DNA of 64,000 bases from Candidatus Moraniibacteriota bacterium (GTDB lineage: Bacteria; Patescibacteriota; Minisyncoccia; Moranbacterales; UBA2206), in NCBI GenBank assembly GCA_030645735.1, contig JAUSNP010000005.1, positions 72,151 through 136,150 of the forward strand. The letters run 5' to 3'. A program made the translations under genes and the position numbers. Numbering within the stretch: position 1 is the first letter of the stretch; each line of letters begins with the position of its first letter. Under the pieces are notes generated by a model. The model was not told the DNA's origin, did not search any database, and worked only from the letters and a program-made list of their open reading frames with translations. Shown here piece by piece: positions 27,785 through 36,292 of the stretch.

Positions 27785-29417
27785 ACTCCTCAGTCACTAC
27801 TTTCGCTCCCATGATTTCCATGGCGGAGCTTAGGAGTGAATTTTGCTCGCCAGGTGTGTTGTCGGTGGCTTGTTCCTCGGGCATTTTCGGAGCTTCGACA
27901 ATTCCAGCTTCTTTATAGGTGACGATTTTCAGACGAATTTGCAACCCTAAAATTTTACCAAGAACTGACTCGACTGTCAACTTATTGGCATGATCATTCA
28001 ATTTTTCTTTGTAAAAGTCGTATGGCGTAGCTAGGGTAATTTCGTTGCCAACAACTTCAATGGCTTGCCAATTGGAAGCTAAAAGAGCCGCCAAGGAATG
28101 ATTGTGGCTTTTGATTTCAGTTAGGAGTCTTTTCCAATTGCTTTTCACTGTGTGTAGGTCGGTGTCGCCATCTGGCAAGACTTGTTCTGTGATTGGTGTT
28201 TCTTGCGGGACAACAATTTCTGCCTGCATTGGTGCGGACATTTGCGGCGTTTGAATGGTTGGTGCAGTTGCTTGCAAATTGATGTTGCTTTTGGTTTCTT
28301 GGGTTGTGTAGTTCACTGAGTTGGCTGGAAAAGTGTGAGTGGCGCGGATGATGGCAATCTCCAATGGTAACTGTGGCAACATGGAAGCGGCAATTTTGTT
28401 TTGCGCTTCAAGCAAAAGATTCAAGGTCAAGATGATGCTTGGCAATTCCGCTTTCTCAATCTGAGACACCATAGTTTTGATTTGGTCTTGCGTGGCTTCA
28501 TAGGAAAAATTGTTTTTGAGTTCGGGGTTGATTTTCAACAGCATCAATTGTCGCGTGTAATTAATCAAAGATTTAGTGAAAATTTGCAGGTCATAGCCAT
28601 TGTTCAAAAGTTCATTGATTTTGGCAATGGCACTAGTGGCATCTTTGGCCAAAATCATGCCGGCCACTTCAGCGGAAAATTTGCGATCGGTGGTGCCCAA
28701 AATTTCTTCCACTTCTTTAGCGGTGATATTTTTGTCTTCCAAGGCGATGATTTGTCCAAAAAGACTTTCAGCATCGCGCATACCACCTTCAGCTGAAATA
28801 GCAATCATCTCCAATGAATCAGCGTCGATGTTGATTTTTTCTGCCTTGGCGATCAAGGTCAATTTTTCAATGATATTTTCAATGGGCAGACGCGTGAAAT
28901 CAAAGCGCTGACAGCGTGAAAGAATAGTGGCAGGCACTTTGTGAATTTCTGTGGTGGCTAGAATGAAAATCACATGCGCTGGCGGTTCTTCCAAAGTTTT
29001 CAGTAGGGCATTGAAAGCGCCCGTGGAAAGCATGTGGACTTCATCAATAATGTAGACTTTGTATTTCAAAGCGGTCGGTGGTAAACCAATAGTTTCACGC
29101 AATTCACGAATGTTGTCCACACCCGTATTGGAAGCGGCATCAATTTCGATGATGTCGAGTGATTTGTTTTCAGCAATCATTTGGCAGTTGCGACATTTCT
29201 CGCAAGTCACCGCATCTTTGAGATCTGTGCAGTTAACTGTCTTAGCTAGAATTCTGGCGATGGAGGTTTTGCCTGTGCCGCGTGGGCCAGTGAAAAGGTA
29301 GGCTTGGCCAATGCGATTGTTTTTGATGGCATTAGAAAGAGTCTGGACAATATGTTTTTGTCCGATTATTTCCGAAAAATTTTTGGGTCGATATTTTCTA
29401 TATAAAGTCGTAGACAT
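27783..29417 (-). CDS. dnaX: DNA polymerase III subunit gamma/tau
   Basis: LYRKYRP, GPRGTGKTS, EIDAASN, IIDEVHML, SRCQ. Confidence 0.98.
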   Translation of the reverse strand: MSTTLYRKYRPKNFSEIIGQKHIVQTLSNAIKNNRIGQAYLFTGPRGTGKTSIARILAKTVNCTDLKDAVTCEKCRNCQMIAENKSLDIIEIDAASNTGVDNIRELRETIGLPPTALKYKVYIIDEVHMLSTGAFNALLKTLEEPPAHVIFILATTEIHKVPATILSRCQRFDFTRLPIENIIEKLTLIAKAEKINIDADSLEMIAISAEGGMRDAESLFGQIIALEDKNITAKEVEEILGTTDRKFSAEVAGMILAKDATSAIAKINELLNNGYDLQIFTKSLINYTRQLMLLKINPELKNNFSYEATQDQIKTMVSQIEKAELPSIILTLNLLLEAQNKIAASMLPQLPLEIAIIRATHTFPANSVNYTTQETKSNINLQATAPTIQTPQMSAPMQAEIVVPQETPITEQVLPDGDTDLHTVKSNWKRLLTEIKSHNHSLAALLASNWQAIEVVGNEITLATPYDFYKEKLNDHANKLTVESVLGKILGLQIRLKIVTYKEAGIVEAPKMPEEQATDNTPGEQNSLLSSAMEIMGAKVVTEE

Positions 29418-29477
29418 AGTAGTTTCTAAGGTTATGAAGCTATTATAGCATTAAAATAAATTGTCCGCCAAAACCAG

Positions 29478-29505
29478 TTAGAGACGCGATTAATCGCGTC
29501 TCTAC
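29478..29505. repeat. GTAG-type REP-like palindrome
   Basis: TAGAGACGCGATTAATCGCGTCTCTAC. Confidence 0.75.
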
Positions 29506-29528
29506 AGCGTATTTATAGAAAAATTGGG

Positions 29529-29981
29529 CTATTTTTTGAACACCCAGAATTTGTAACCAACGAAGTTCCACAATAGGCCAGAAGCGCTTCCACAGATAGC
29601 ACCGATGTTGCCCCAAATGATGCCTGAAATAGCCGCGCTGGTTAGCATTGGTTTAATGAAGCTCACCACGAGGGTGGCTGCAGTGACATTGATGAAAGCA
29701 CCTACAATGCTGACACCAATGAATTGATAGAATTTCTTGTCGTTGTTTTCAGTAGATTTGTCTTGGAAGGTCCAATGCTTGTTGATGTAGTAGCTCATGA
29801 TGACCGCAGCAATGAAGGATAACGCTTTGAAAAATGCATAGGGAAGTCCAGAATTCTGTTTAGTGGTGTACATTAGGATGTTGAGGATGGTGAAATCTAC
29901 GCCGGTATTCATCACACCAACTACAAAAAATTTAGCAAATTGTTTGATGAAAGGAAAGCGTGCGAAAAAATTCTTAAACAT
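29529..29981 (-). CDS. GtrA family protein
   Basis: QFAKFFVVGVMNTGVDF, NKHWTF, WNFVGYKFWVF. Confidence 0.9.
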   Translation of the reverse strand: MFKNFFARFPFIKQFAKFFVVGVMNTGVDFTILNILMYTTKQNSGLPYAFFKALSFIAAVIMSYYINKHWTFQDKSTENNDKKFYQFIGVSIVGAFINVTAATLVVSFIKPMLTSAAISGIIWGNIGAICGSASGLLWNFVGYKFWVFKK

Positions 29982-29983
29982 AT

Positions 29984-30727
29984 TTATTCGTTTAGAGGCT
30001 TGTTAAGTTCTTTGCGAAGTTCTTCGATGTCGGGAGCCCATTCATCGATGATAGAAAAATCTTTTTTGGGTTCTTCTTGAATTGGAGTTGCTTCTGGTTC
30101 GTCGACAGTTGGTTTTTTGTCATTGATGATGTCGTCAATGTCGGTGTTTCTTTCTTGCGCTTTCATTGAAGCGAAACTGCGCATAGCACTGCCTTTCTGA
30201 ATTACATTTTCAATGGATGCCCAATCTGAATCGATGTCGCGTGGAGTCACCAAAGTCACTTCATCGCCTGGTTCAACTTTGAAATAGGTGATGGAAGCCA
30301 AAAGTACGCGATAGGGTTTGCCATTAGCGATGATGAAAAAATTGCCATCAGCATCTTGATTCACAATTCCAATTAGACGGGTTCTTTCGATGGGTCCAAT
30401 TTGTTTGTAGATGAATGATCCGTCTGGAGTGATGGTCAATTTCAACATATCACCCTCGATCAATTTTGATTTTGAAGCATAGTTGGCTGGCACGGGATAT
30501 TGCTTGTCATCAGTGCCCAACATAATTTGACCATCGAAAGTTCCTTCGATGACTCGGCCTTCTTCATCATCATCCATCTTTTTCTTGCGGCCAACTTTTT
30601 TCTTGCCTTCCAGTTGCAAAAGCATTGCCTTGGCGGATTGCAAGCTCTTTTCAGAGTTATAAATCATCTCACGCAAAGCTTGAACTTTATCAGAAATATT
30701 TTCTTGTGGATCCCTTTCTTCAGTCAT
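29984..30727 (-). CDS. Conserved hypothetical protein
   Basis: 246-codon-scale ORF coupled to gtrA; GTFDGQ.M...YPVPANYASKSKL motif; function not assignable. Confidence 0.75.
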   Translation of the reverse strand: MTEERDPQENISDKVQALREMIYNSEKSLQSAKAMLLQLEGKKKVGRKKKMDDDEEGRVIEGTFDGQIMLGTDDKQYPVPANYASKSKLIEGDMLKLTITPDGSFIYKQIGPIERTRLIGIVNQDADGNFFIIANGKPYRVLLASITYFKVEPGDEVTLVTPRDIDSDWASIENVIQKGSAMRSFASMKAQERNTDIDDIINDKKPTVDEPEATPIQEEPKKDFSIIDEWAPDIEELRKELNKPLNE

Positions 30728-30866
30728 TTTATTTTTTTTGATTTGTTTTTATTTTATATATAAATTATACAATCATTTTACTAGGCATGCAAGGCTTGCT
30801 CGGGTGTGGATAACATAATATAATAGAATCGTTGAGAAGATGTGGGTTTATATTTTCTAAAAAAAT

Positions 30867-31190
30867 ATGACTAATCAAAATTGTTGGGAATTCAAAAAAT
30901 GCGGACGAGAAATCGATGGCGCCAATGTTGATAAGTATGGAGTTTGTCCAGCCGCGGACAATGTTTCAGCAGATGGATTTTGCGGTGGCAAAAATGGCGG
31001 GCGCGCTTGTGTGTATATTATTGGTACGCTATGCGATGGCATTTGCCAGGTGTCACTGCGCAACAAAGAAAAAAAATGTGAAGAATGTGAATTCCACAGC
31101 CAACTCAAAAAAGAACATCCAGATGAAATGAACATTTTTGCCTATTTGGATTATGTAAACAAAGACAAGAAAAAGTTGAGTGAAAAATAG
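30867..31190 (+). CDS. Cys-rich two-CW-domain-like protein
   Basis: NCWEFKKCGRE...CPA...GGKNGGRAC...GTLC...CEECEF. Confidence 0.7.
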   Translation: MTNQNCWEFKKCGREIDGANVDKYGVCPAADNVSADGFCGGKNGGRACVYIIGTLCDGICQVSLRNKEKKCEECEFHSQLKKEHPDEMNIFAYLDYVNKDKKKLSEK

Positions 31191-31345
31191 TTTCAGCATC
31201 AGCGTTTGAGGCAGGGAATTGAACCCTGTTTTTTTGTTGACAAAGCTCATGGTTTTGCTAGGATTATCGTCAGCAGCAGTACCTTAAACTAGTTTAGCTA
31301 ATAGCTAAATATAATCTAATAAAAGTCAGAAAGGGAGATGCGGTC

Positions 31346-31879
31346 ATGACGAAATACTTGCTAGATAACTATGCATGGTCTTGTTTGGCTTTTGGCTTGA
31401 TTGCTTTTCTGTGCTTGGATGGGTGGATTACTAAATTTATTCATGCTATGAGTGAGCGGTTTCAACAGAAGTATGGTTGGGACAATATGCTGTTGGCAAA
31501 ATACTTAGCCGGAGCGCTTATGTCCATCTGGATTTTTATTGCTTTGGTGGCGACATTGTCGGATTTGCGAACGCTAGTGCTAAACATGTGTGTGGCTGGG
31601 TTGCTTAGTATCCCACCAGCCTCCCTTCTGCTTCTGGGCAAAAAGGCAAGAGGTAACTCATTATCTGCAAAAGTAATGCTTATTATTTTTAAGCAAATCC
31701 TTTGGATAGCTTTGATTGCGGTCGTCAGGATAAACTACATTGAAGAACAGCCACTGCAATGGGTTGCAATCATGGCGTTGGGAGTAATCGCCTTGATTGG
31801 TATTATCTATCTGGTTGCTCCAATCAACAAGAAATGCACGGACAATTTGCCGTGCCGTTATCCGGGAATTTCTGCTTGA
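31346..31879 (+). CDS. Hypothetical membrane protein (orphan)
   Basis: About five hydrophobic segments; promoter, SD GGGAG and terminator (31904-31940). Confidence 0.65.
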   Translation: MTKYLLDNYAWSCLAFGLIAFLCLDGWITKFIHAMSERFQQKYGWDNMLLAKYLAGALMSIWIFIALVATLSDLRTLVLNMCVAGLLSIPPASLLLLGKKARGNSLSAKVMLIIFKQILWIALIAVVRINYIEEQPLQWVAIMALGVIALIGIIYLVAPINKKCTDNLPCRYPGISA

Positions 31880-32040
31880 CCATGCTCAGGCGCGCGCCAC
31901 CCCAAAGCCCGACCTTGTTTTCACAAGAGGTTGGGCTTTTCTTATTATTTGACGCGCTGATTATTTCTTGTTATTCTGCATCAATGCCAAACTTGGCATA
32001 CAGATTGTTCTTACTAATAATTTTAGATTGAGGGGGTGAG

Positions 32041-32376
32041 ATGGCAGAGACAATAATTAGAACATTTGAAGATCTGGTCAAGCTAATTATGTTGGGCAAT
32101 CCCGATCCAGCAGCTGGAGGGCTTGTGCTATTAGATCGCCAGCTCTGGAATCAACGCTGGGTCAAGTGTTCGATTTATCTGGGCGATGATAGCCCTGATG
32201 TGCTGTTGAGCGATTCTGCTGATAAAAATATTCGCACGACTAGCGAGGGAGGAGTTGAGCTGAGGGTCAATATGCTAGTTGATCAACATAAAAAGTTAAT
32301 CGTGTATAAGGTCGAAGCAGACGGCCGACCCAGAAAGTTCATTTGGGAGATGGACTATAAAAAGAGTAGCAAATAA
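32041..32376 (+). CDS. Hypothetical protein (orphan)
   Basis: Promoter TTGACG-17-TATTCT, SD GAGGGGGTG, downstream hairpin. Confidence 0.65.
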   Translation: MAETIIRTFEDLVKLIMLGNPDPAAGGLVLLDRQLWNQRWVKCSIYLGDDSPDVLLSDSADKNIRTTSEGGVELRVNMLVDQHKKLIVYKVEADGRPRKFIWEMDYKKSSK

Positions 32377-32663
32377 ATATTTGCTGCCACCACACGCGGG
32401 GTGCTTCTTTATGAGGCGCCCCTGTTTTTTATGTTTAAAAATAATTTTTTTAGGATTTGAAACCGAAGTGGCAATTTTTGGGTGATTGACACAAATTGCA
32501 TAGTTTTCTAAGATATAAATATCAAGAAGTAATTCAAGTTCTTTAATCCCCACTGTGGGGTTTCGCAAATGCGAAATAACAAAGCCGAAAAGGAGGCGGC
32601 GAAGTCTAGTCTAGTTTTTTTGTGAGAGGTAAAATAAAATAAATCTCAACAAAAAGCGAGGCA

Positions 32664-33110
32664 ATGATGGAACAGATTAAATTGATGAAGCATAAGCTTT
32701 TATCGGCGCTGATGGCAGCACTCGTTCTCTTGTCCGGTGGATTCGTTGCATCTGCAACCGCCGTGCCTAATGGCGTGACGGGATTGGCGACAAATGCCCT
32801 GGTGGTGATGCCCAACACCGAGAAGGGACAAATCGCGGCTACTTCACATGACGCTGGCGTCATCATGTTGCTCATGGCCAAGGCGGGTCCGGCAGATCAG
32901 GAGGGTCTCGACCAGCGGAGTCTGGGGAATGACTCCTGGGGCGACAAGGTGATGGTCAAGGACGGATCGGCGGCCGACTGGGAACATCTCGGCAAAGCGG
33001 GCGGTCAATGGGTGGCCCATGGTTCATCCCGCAGTATCTATAAGGCGATGGCAGTGCAGGTCGGCGATCAGATCAACTACAGCGGCAAGGTCGAGAGCGC
33101 CATCATCTGA
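32664..33110 (+). CDS. Secreted hypothetical protein (orphan, GC-rich)
   Basis: Signal-peptide-like N-terminus (..VASATA); GC visibly higher than core genes; terminator about 33155-33188. Confidence 0.65.
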   Translation: MMEQIKLMKHKLLSALMAALVLLSGGFVASATAVPNGVTGLATNALVVMPNTEKGQIAATSHDAGVIMLLMAKAGPADQEGLDQRSLGNDSWGDKVMVKDGSAADWEHLGKAGGQWVAHGSSRSIYKAMAVQVGDQINYSGKVESAII

Positions 33111-33309
33111 TTCCCGGGCGAATCCCTCAACACAAGCTACACTCGTGGCAAACATAGCCAGAGCCCTCATCCGGGGGTTTCTGGCTATCTTTTTTATTTA
33201 AAGAAATTTTAGTGTTCCTAATGGAGCGCTTTTTTATTTGCCCAAAGCTGGGTTTTGGAATAAAATTTTTAGTAGAATACAAAATAAAAATAATTTCAAA
33301 AACAAAAAC

Positions 33310-33840
33310 ATGGGCGAGCCTGCTTATAAAAATCTTTTGACTTACAAATATGCCGTGCTTATTTATGATATGAACAAAGAATTCATCGCACGATTTGTTT
33401 CTGGGGCAGAAAACATGAGGCAACGTCAACAGATGGACCAAGCGGCACGCTCATCCAAACAATGCATCGTCGAAGGCGCGATGCAGGGCACGAGTCTCAA
33501 GGGTTATATCAAAATGCTTGGAGTTTCGCGAGGGAGTTGGGAGGAATTGCTGGAGGATTATAAGGATATTGCCAGGCTTGGGAAAATTGAGGTTTGGAAT
33601 TCTGAGGGGTTGAGGAGGGAAAGGGGGTTCAGGGTTTTCGTGAAAGACAACGAACCTCTACCTCCTACACCTCCGCTACCTCCTGACTTCGCTGTGTCGG
33701 TCAACATTATGATTGATCTCATCACAAGGACAAACTTTCTTCTGGATCAACAAAAAAGAGCGCTAGAAGAAAAGTTTTTGAGAGAGGGTGGTTACACTGA
33801 AAATTTGTACAAAAAACGCAGAGAAACGAGAGGGTTTTAG
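33310..33840 (+). CDS. Four-helix-bundle (IVP/Avd-like) protein with suffix domain
   Basis: YKNLLTY, QMDQAARSSKQCIVEG, VSRGSWEELLEDYKD, LEEKFLREGGYTENLYKKR. Confidence 0.85.
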   Translation: MGEPAYKNLLTYKYAVLIYDMNKEFIARFVSGAENMRQRQQMDQAARSSKQCIVEGAMQGTSLKGYIKMLGVSRGSWEELLEDYKDIARLGKIEVWNSEGLRRERGFRVFVKDNEPLPPTPPLPPDFAVSVNIMIDLITRTNFLLDQQKRALEEKFLREGGYTENLYKKRRETRGF

Positions 33841-33896
33841 TTTGTAATATTGAATATCCAGCAGCCTTGTTAGGGCTGTTTTTTTGTCGCTCGACC

Positions 33897-33975
33897 TGTG
33901 GATAACTCGCCCTTGCCAATGTGGGTGAGTGGAGTAAAATAGGGAGGTAGGTAACTCAAGTGGTACATTGTGGGG
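33897..33975 (+). promoter_or_regulatory. DnaA box and MraZ-type GTGG repeats upstream of mraZ
   Basis: TGTGGATAA at 33897-33905; GTGGG/GTGGA/GTGGT repeats at about 10-bp spacing. Confidence 0.6.
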
Positions 33976-34005
33976 ATTCACAATTAGATACTACTGAATA
34001 AGCGC

Positions 34006-34046
34006 GAGATTGCCACGTCGTCCGCGGCGGACTCCTCGCAATGACA
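34006..34046. repeat. Half copy of the 22708-22807 palindromic element
   Basis: GAGATTGCCACGTCGTCCGCGGCGGACTCCTCGCAATGACA. Confidence 0.75.
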
Positions 34047-34052
34047 ATAAAG

Positions 34053-34487
34053 ATGTTCATAGGCGAATACCAACATTTAGTTGACGAGAAAAAAAGATTG
34101 GCGGTGCCAAGCAAGTTTCGAGTCGAGTTGAAAAACAAAGTTGTGGTGACACGCGGACTTGATAAATGTTTGTTTGTCTATCCAATGAAAGCTTGGGAAG
34201 AGTTGGCCAGCAAATTGGGAACCTTGCCAGTCGGAGAAGCTGGCACCCGAAGTTTCACGCGTTTGATGTTGGCTGGAGCAGTGGATGTGGATGTGGACAA
34301 GCAAGGAAGAATTTTGATTCCAGATTATTTGAAAGAATATGCAGGACTGGCGAAAAATGTTGTGATTGCAGGACTGTATAATCGTTTAGAAATTTGGGAT
34401 GAAAAGAAATGGAACGCATACAAGAAAGGTGCTGAGAAAAATTCAGATGAGATTGCGGAACAGTTGGGCAAGTTAGGAGTATATTAG
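34053..34487 (+). CDS. mraZ: Transcriptional regulator MraZ
   Basis: MFIGEY.H.VDEKKRL.VP, DKQGRILIP, RLEIWD; alternative ATG at 34041 comes from the repeat. Confidence 0.97.
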   Translation: MFIGEYQHLVDEKKRLAVPSKFRVELKNKVVVTRGLDKCLFVYPMKAWEELASKLGTLPVGEAGTRSFTRLMLAGAVDVDVDKQGRILIPDYLKEYAGLAKNVVIAGLYNRLEIWDEKKWNAYKKGAEKNSDEIAEQLGKLGVY

Positions 34488-34488
34488 G

Positions 34489-34610
34489 AAATTCAAAATC
34501 CAAAATCTCAAATTCCAAATAAATACAAATATCAAAATCCAAAATGTTTTGAGTTTAGAAAATTGTAATTTTGAATTTATTTGGGATTTGTAATTTATAA
34601 TTTGTAATTT
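34489..34610. repeat. Inverted heptamer-period array filling the mraZ-rsmH spacer
   Basis: AAATTCA AAATCCA AAATCTC AAATTCC AAAT AAATACA... / TGAATTT ATTT GGGATTT GTAATTT ATAATTT GTAATTT. Confidence 0.85.
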
Positions 34611-34612
34611 AG

Positions 34613-35551
34613 ATGGTTATTCATAAACCGGTTTTGTTGAAAGAAAGTATAGAACGATTAAATTTGAAATCTGAGTCCATTGCTGTGGACGCCACTCTGG
34701 GGGGAGGCGGACACAGCATTGGCATGTTAAATATAATTGGCAGAAGTGGAAAGCTCGTTGGTATCGATCAGGACACAGTGGCGGTGGAAAATTTCCGACA
34801 GAAAAATTCCGCGGACAATGTGATTTTGGTCAAAGACAATTTCGCTAATCTGAAAAATGTTTTGACAGAATTTGGTCCGCCAGCTGGCGGAGAAAAAGTA
34901 GATGCGATTCTGGCTGACCTAGGATATTCTTCCATGCAATTGGAAGACACAGGGATTGGCATGAGTTTTCTGCAAGATGCGCCATTGGACATGCGCCTTG
35001 ATCGTGATGGTAAGTTGTCTGCTAAGGCGGTAGTCAACACCTATTCACAAGGCGAGTTGAGCAGGCTTATCAAAAATTTTGGCGAAGAAAGATTTGCCAG
35101 TATCATTGCCAAGCGAATTGTGGATGCTCGCAAGAAAAAAGAAATTGAGACGACCACTGATTTGGTGGAAATCATCAACACGGCTATTCCAGAAAAATTC
35201 AAGCACGGCAAACTGCATCCAGCCACTAAAACATTTCAGGCATTGCGCATCGAAGTCAATCATGAATTGGAGGTTCTGGAAAAATTCATTCCGCAAGCAA
35301 TTGAAGCATTGAATCCGGGCGGACGATTGGCCATCATTTCATTTCATTCATTAGAAGACAGAATAGTTAAGGATATATTTCGGACACATGCTAGGGGATG
35401 CATCTGTCCAGCTGATTTTCCGATTTGCCAATGTGGCCAAATGGCGAAGGTCAAAATCATCACTAAAAAACCAGTTGAGCCAAGCGTTGAGGAGATTGCA
35501 GAAAATCCGAGATCACGCAGTGCCAAACTGAGAGTTTGTGAGAAGTTATAA
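34613..35551 (+). CDS. rsmH: 16S rRNA m4C1402 methyltransferase
   Basis: HKPVLL.E, DATLGGGGHS, DLGYSSMQL, FQALRIEVN, SFHSLEDRIVK, NPRSRSAKLR. Confidence 0.98.
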   Translation: MVIHKPVLLKESIERLNLKSESIAVDATLGGGGHSIGMLNIIGRSGKLVGIDQDTVAVENFRQKNSADNVILVKDNFANLKNVLTEFGPPAGGEKVDAILADLGYSSMQLEDTGIGMSFLQDAPLDMRLDRDGKLSAKAVVNTYSQGELSRLIKNFGEERFASIIAKRIVDARKKKEIETTTDLVEIINTAIPEKFKHGKLHPATKTFQALRIEVNHELEVLEKFIPQAIEALNPGGRLAIISFHSLEDRIVKDIFRTHARGCICPADFPICQCGQMAKVKIITKKPVEPSVEEIAENPRSRSAKLRVCEKL

Positions 35552-35665
35552 TCCCAGTTAAATAGCCAGCTACGCTGGCCTGTCCACTACGGAGACAGAA
35601 TTTAACGGGATAAAAAACAAACATAAATATAAACAAACAATTTATTGTCAGGGGGCTGAAAATAA

Positions 35666-36094
35666 ATGTCGCGAGTTTTGATTCTAAACAAATCTGCATC
35701 GAGCTTGAAGAACGCTCGCTTGCAACGAAATTCGACCTATAGCAATGGCGCCTTTTGCGCTGTGCGCAGGAGCTTTTCGGAAAAGAGGAAATCTTTCAGT
35801 GCTGGCAGTGCCAATTTGAATTTGGTGTCTTTGGTTTTTGTGATGGTGTTCTGTGTTTGCATCGGTGGTGCGGCCTATCTCTATCAAGTGAATGATATCG
35901 CCACTAAGGGCTATGAAATTCGTGATTTGGAAAATCAGATTCAAGATTTGAGCAAGGAAAGCAAAAAGATGGAAATTCGGGAAGTGGAATTGCGCTCGAT
36001 GTATAATATTGAAAAAGCTTCACAAGACTTGAATCTAGTTAACTCAAATGATGTGACATATGTAGAAATCGACGGGCCAGTAGCTATGCGATAA
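35666..36094 (+). CDS. FtsL-like cell division protein
   Basis: Position between rsmH and PBP; single TM followed by a coiled coil. Confidence 0.65.
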   Translation: MSRVLILNKSASSLKNARLQRNSTYSNGAFCAVRRSFSEKRKSFSAGSANLNLVSLVFVMVFCVCIGGAAYLYQVNDIATKGYEIRDLENQIQDLSKESKKMEIREVELRSMYNIEKASQDLNLVNSNDVTYVEIDGPVAMR

Positions 36095-36096
36095 TG

Positions 36097-36282
36097 GAGC
36101 TAGATTTCTTATCTCACCGCTTATTTTAAAAACTTCTATATTGCTTGCCTGCTAAAATTTTCTAATTTTGGCTGCAAACCCTTCAAAGCTCGTCAGGTTA
36201 TCTCTATAGCCTTCCTCACTTTTCATGGTTTTCGCTCAAAATTATAAAATTCTATCTAGGCATGAGATAAGAAATCTAGCTC
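36097..36282. mobile_element. MITE-like element with perfect 20-bp terminal inverted repeats
   Basis: GAGCTAGATTTCTTATCTCA (36097-36116) and TGAGATAAGAAATCTAGCTC (36263-36282). Confidence 0.65.
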
Positions 36283-36292
36283 TCGCATCTTT

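Noticed and set aside
33310-33840. Diversity-generating retroelement
   Set aside because: Only an Avd-like fold is present; no reverse transcriptase or TR/VR pair was seen in the window
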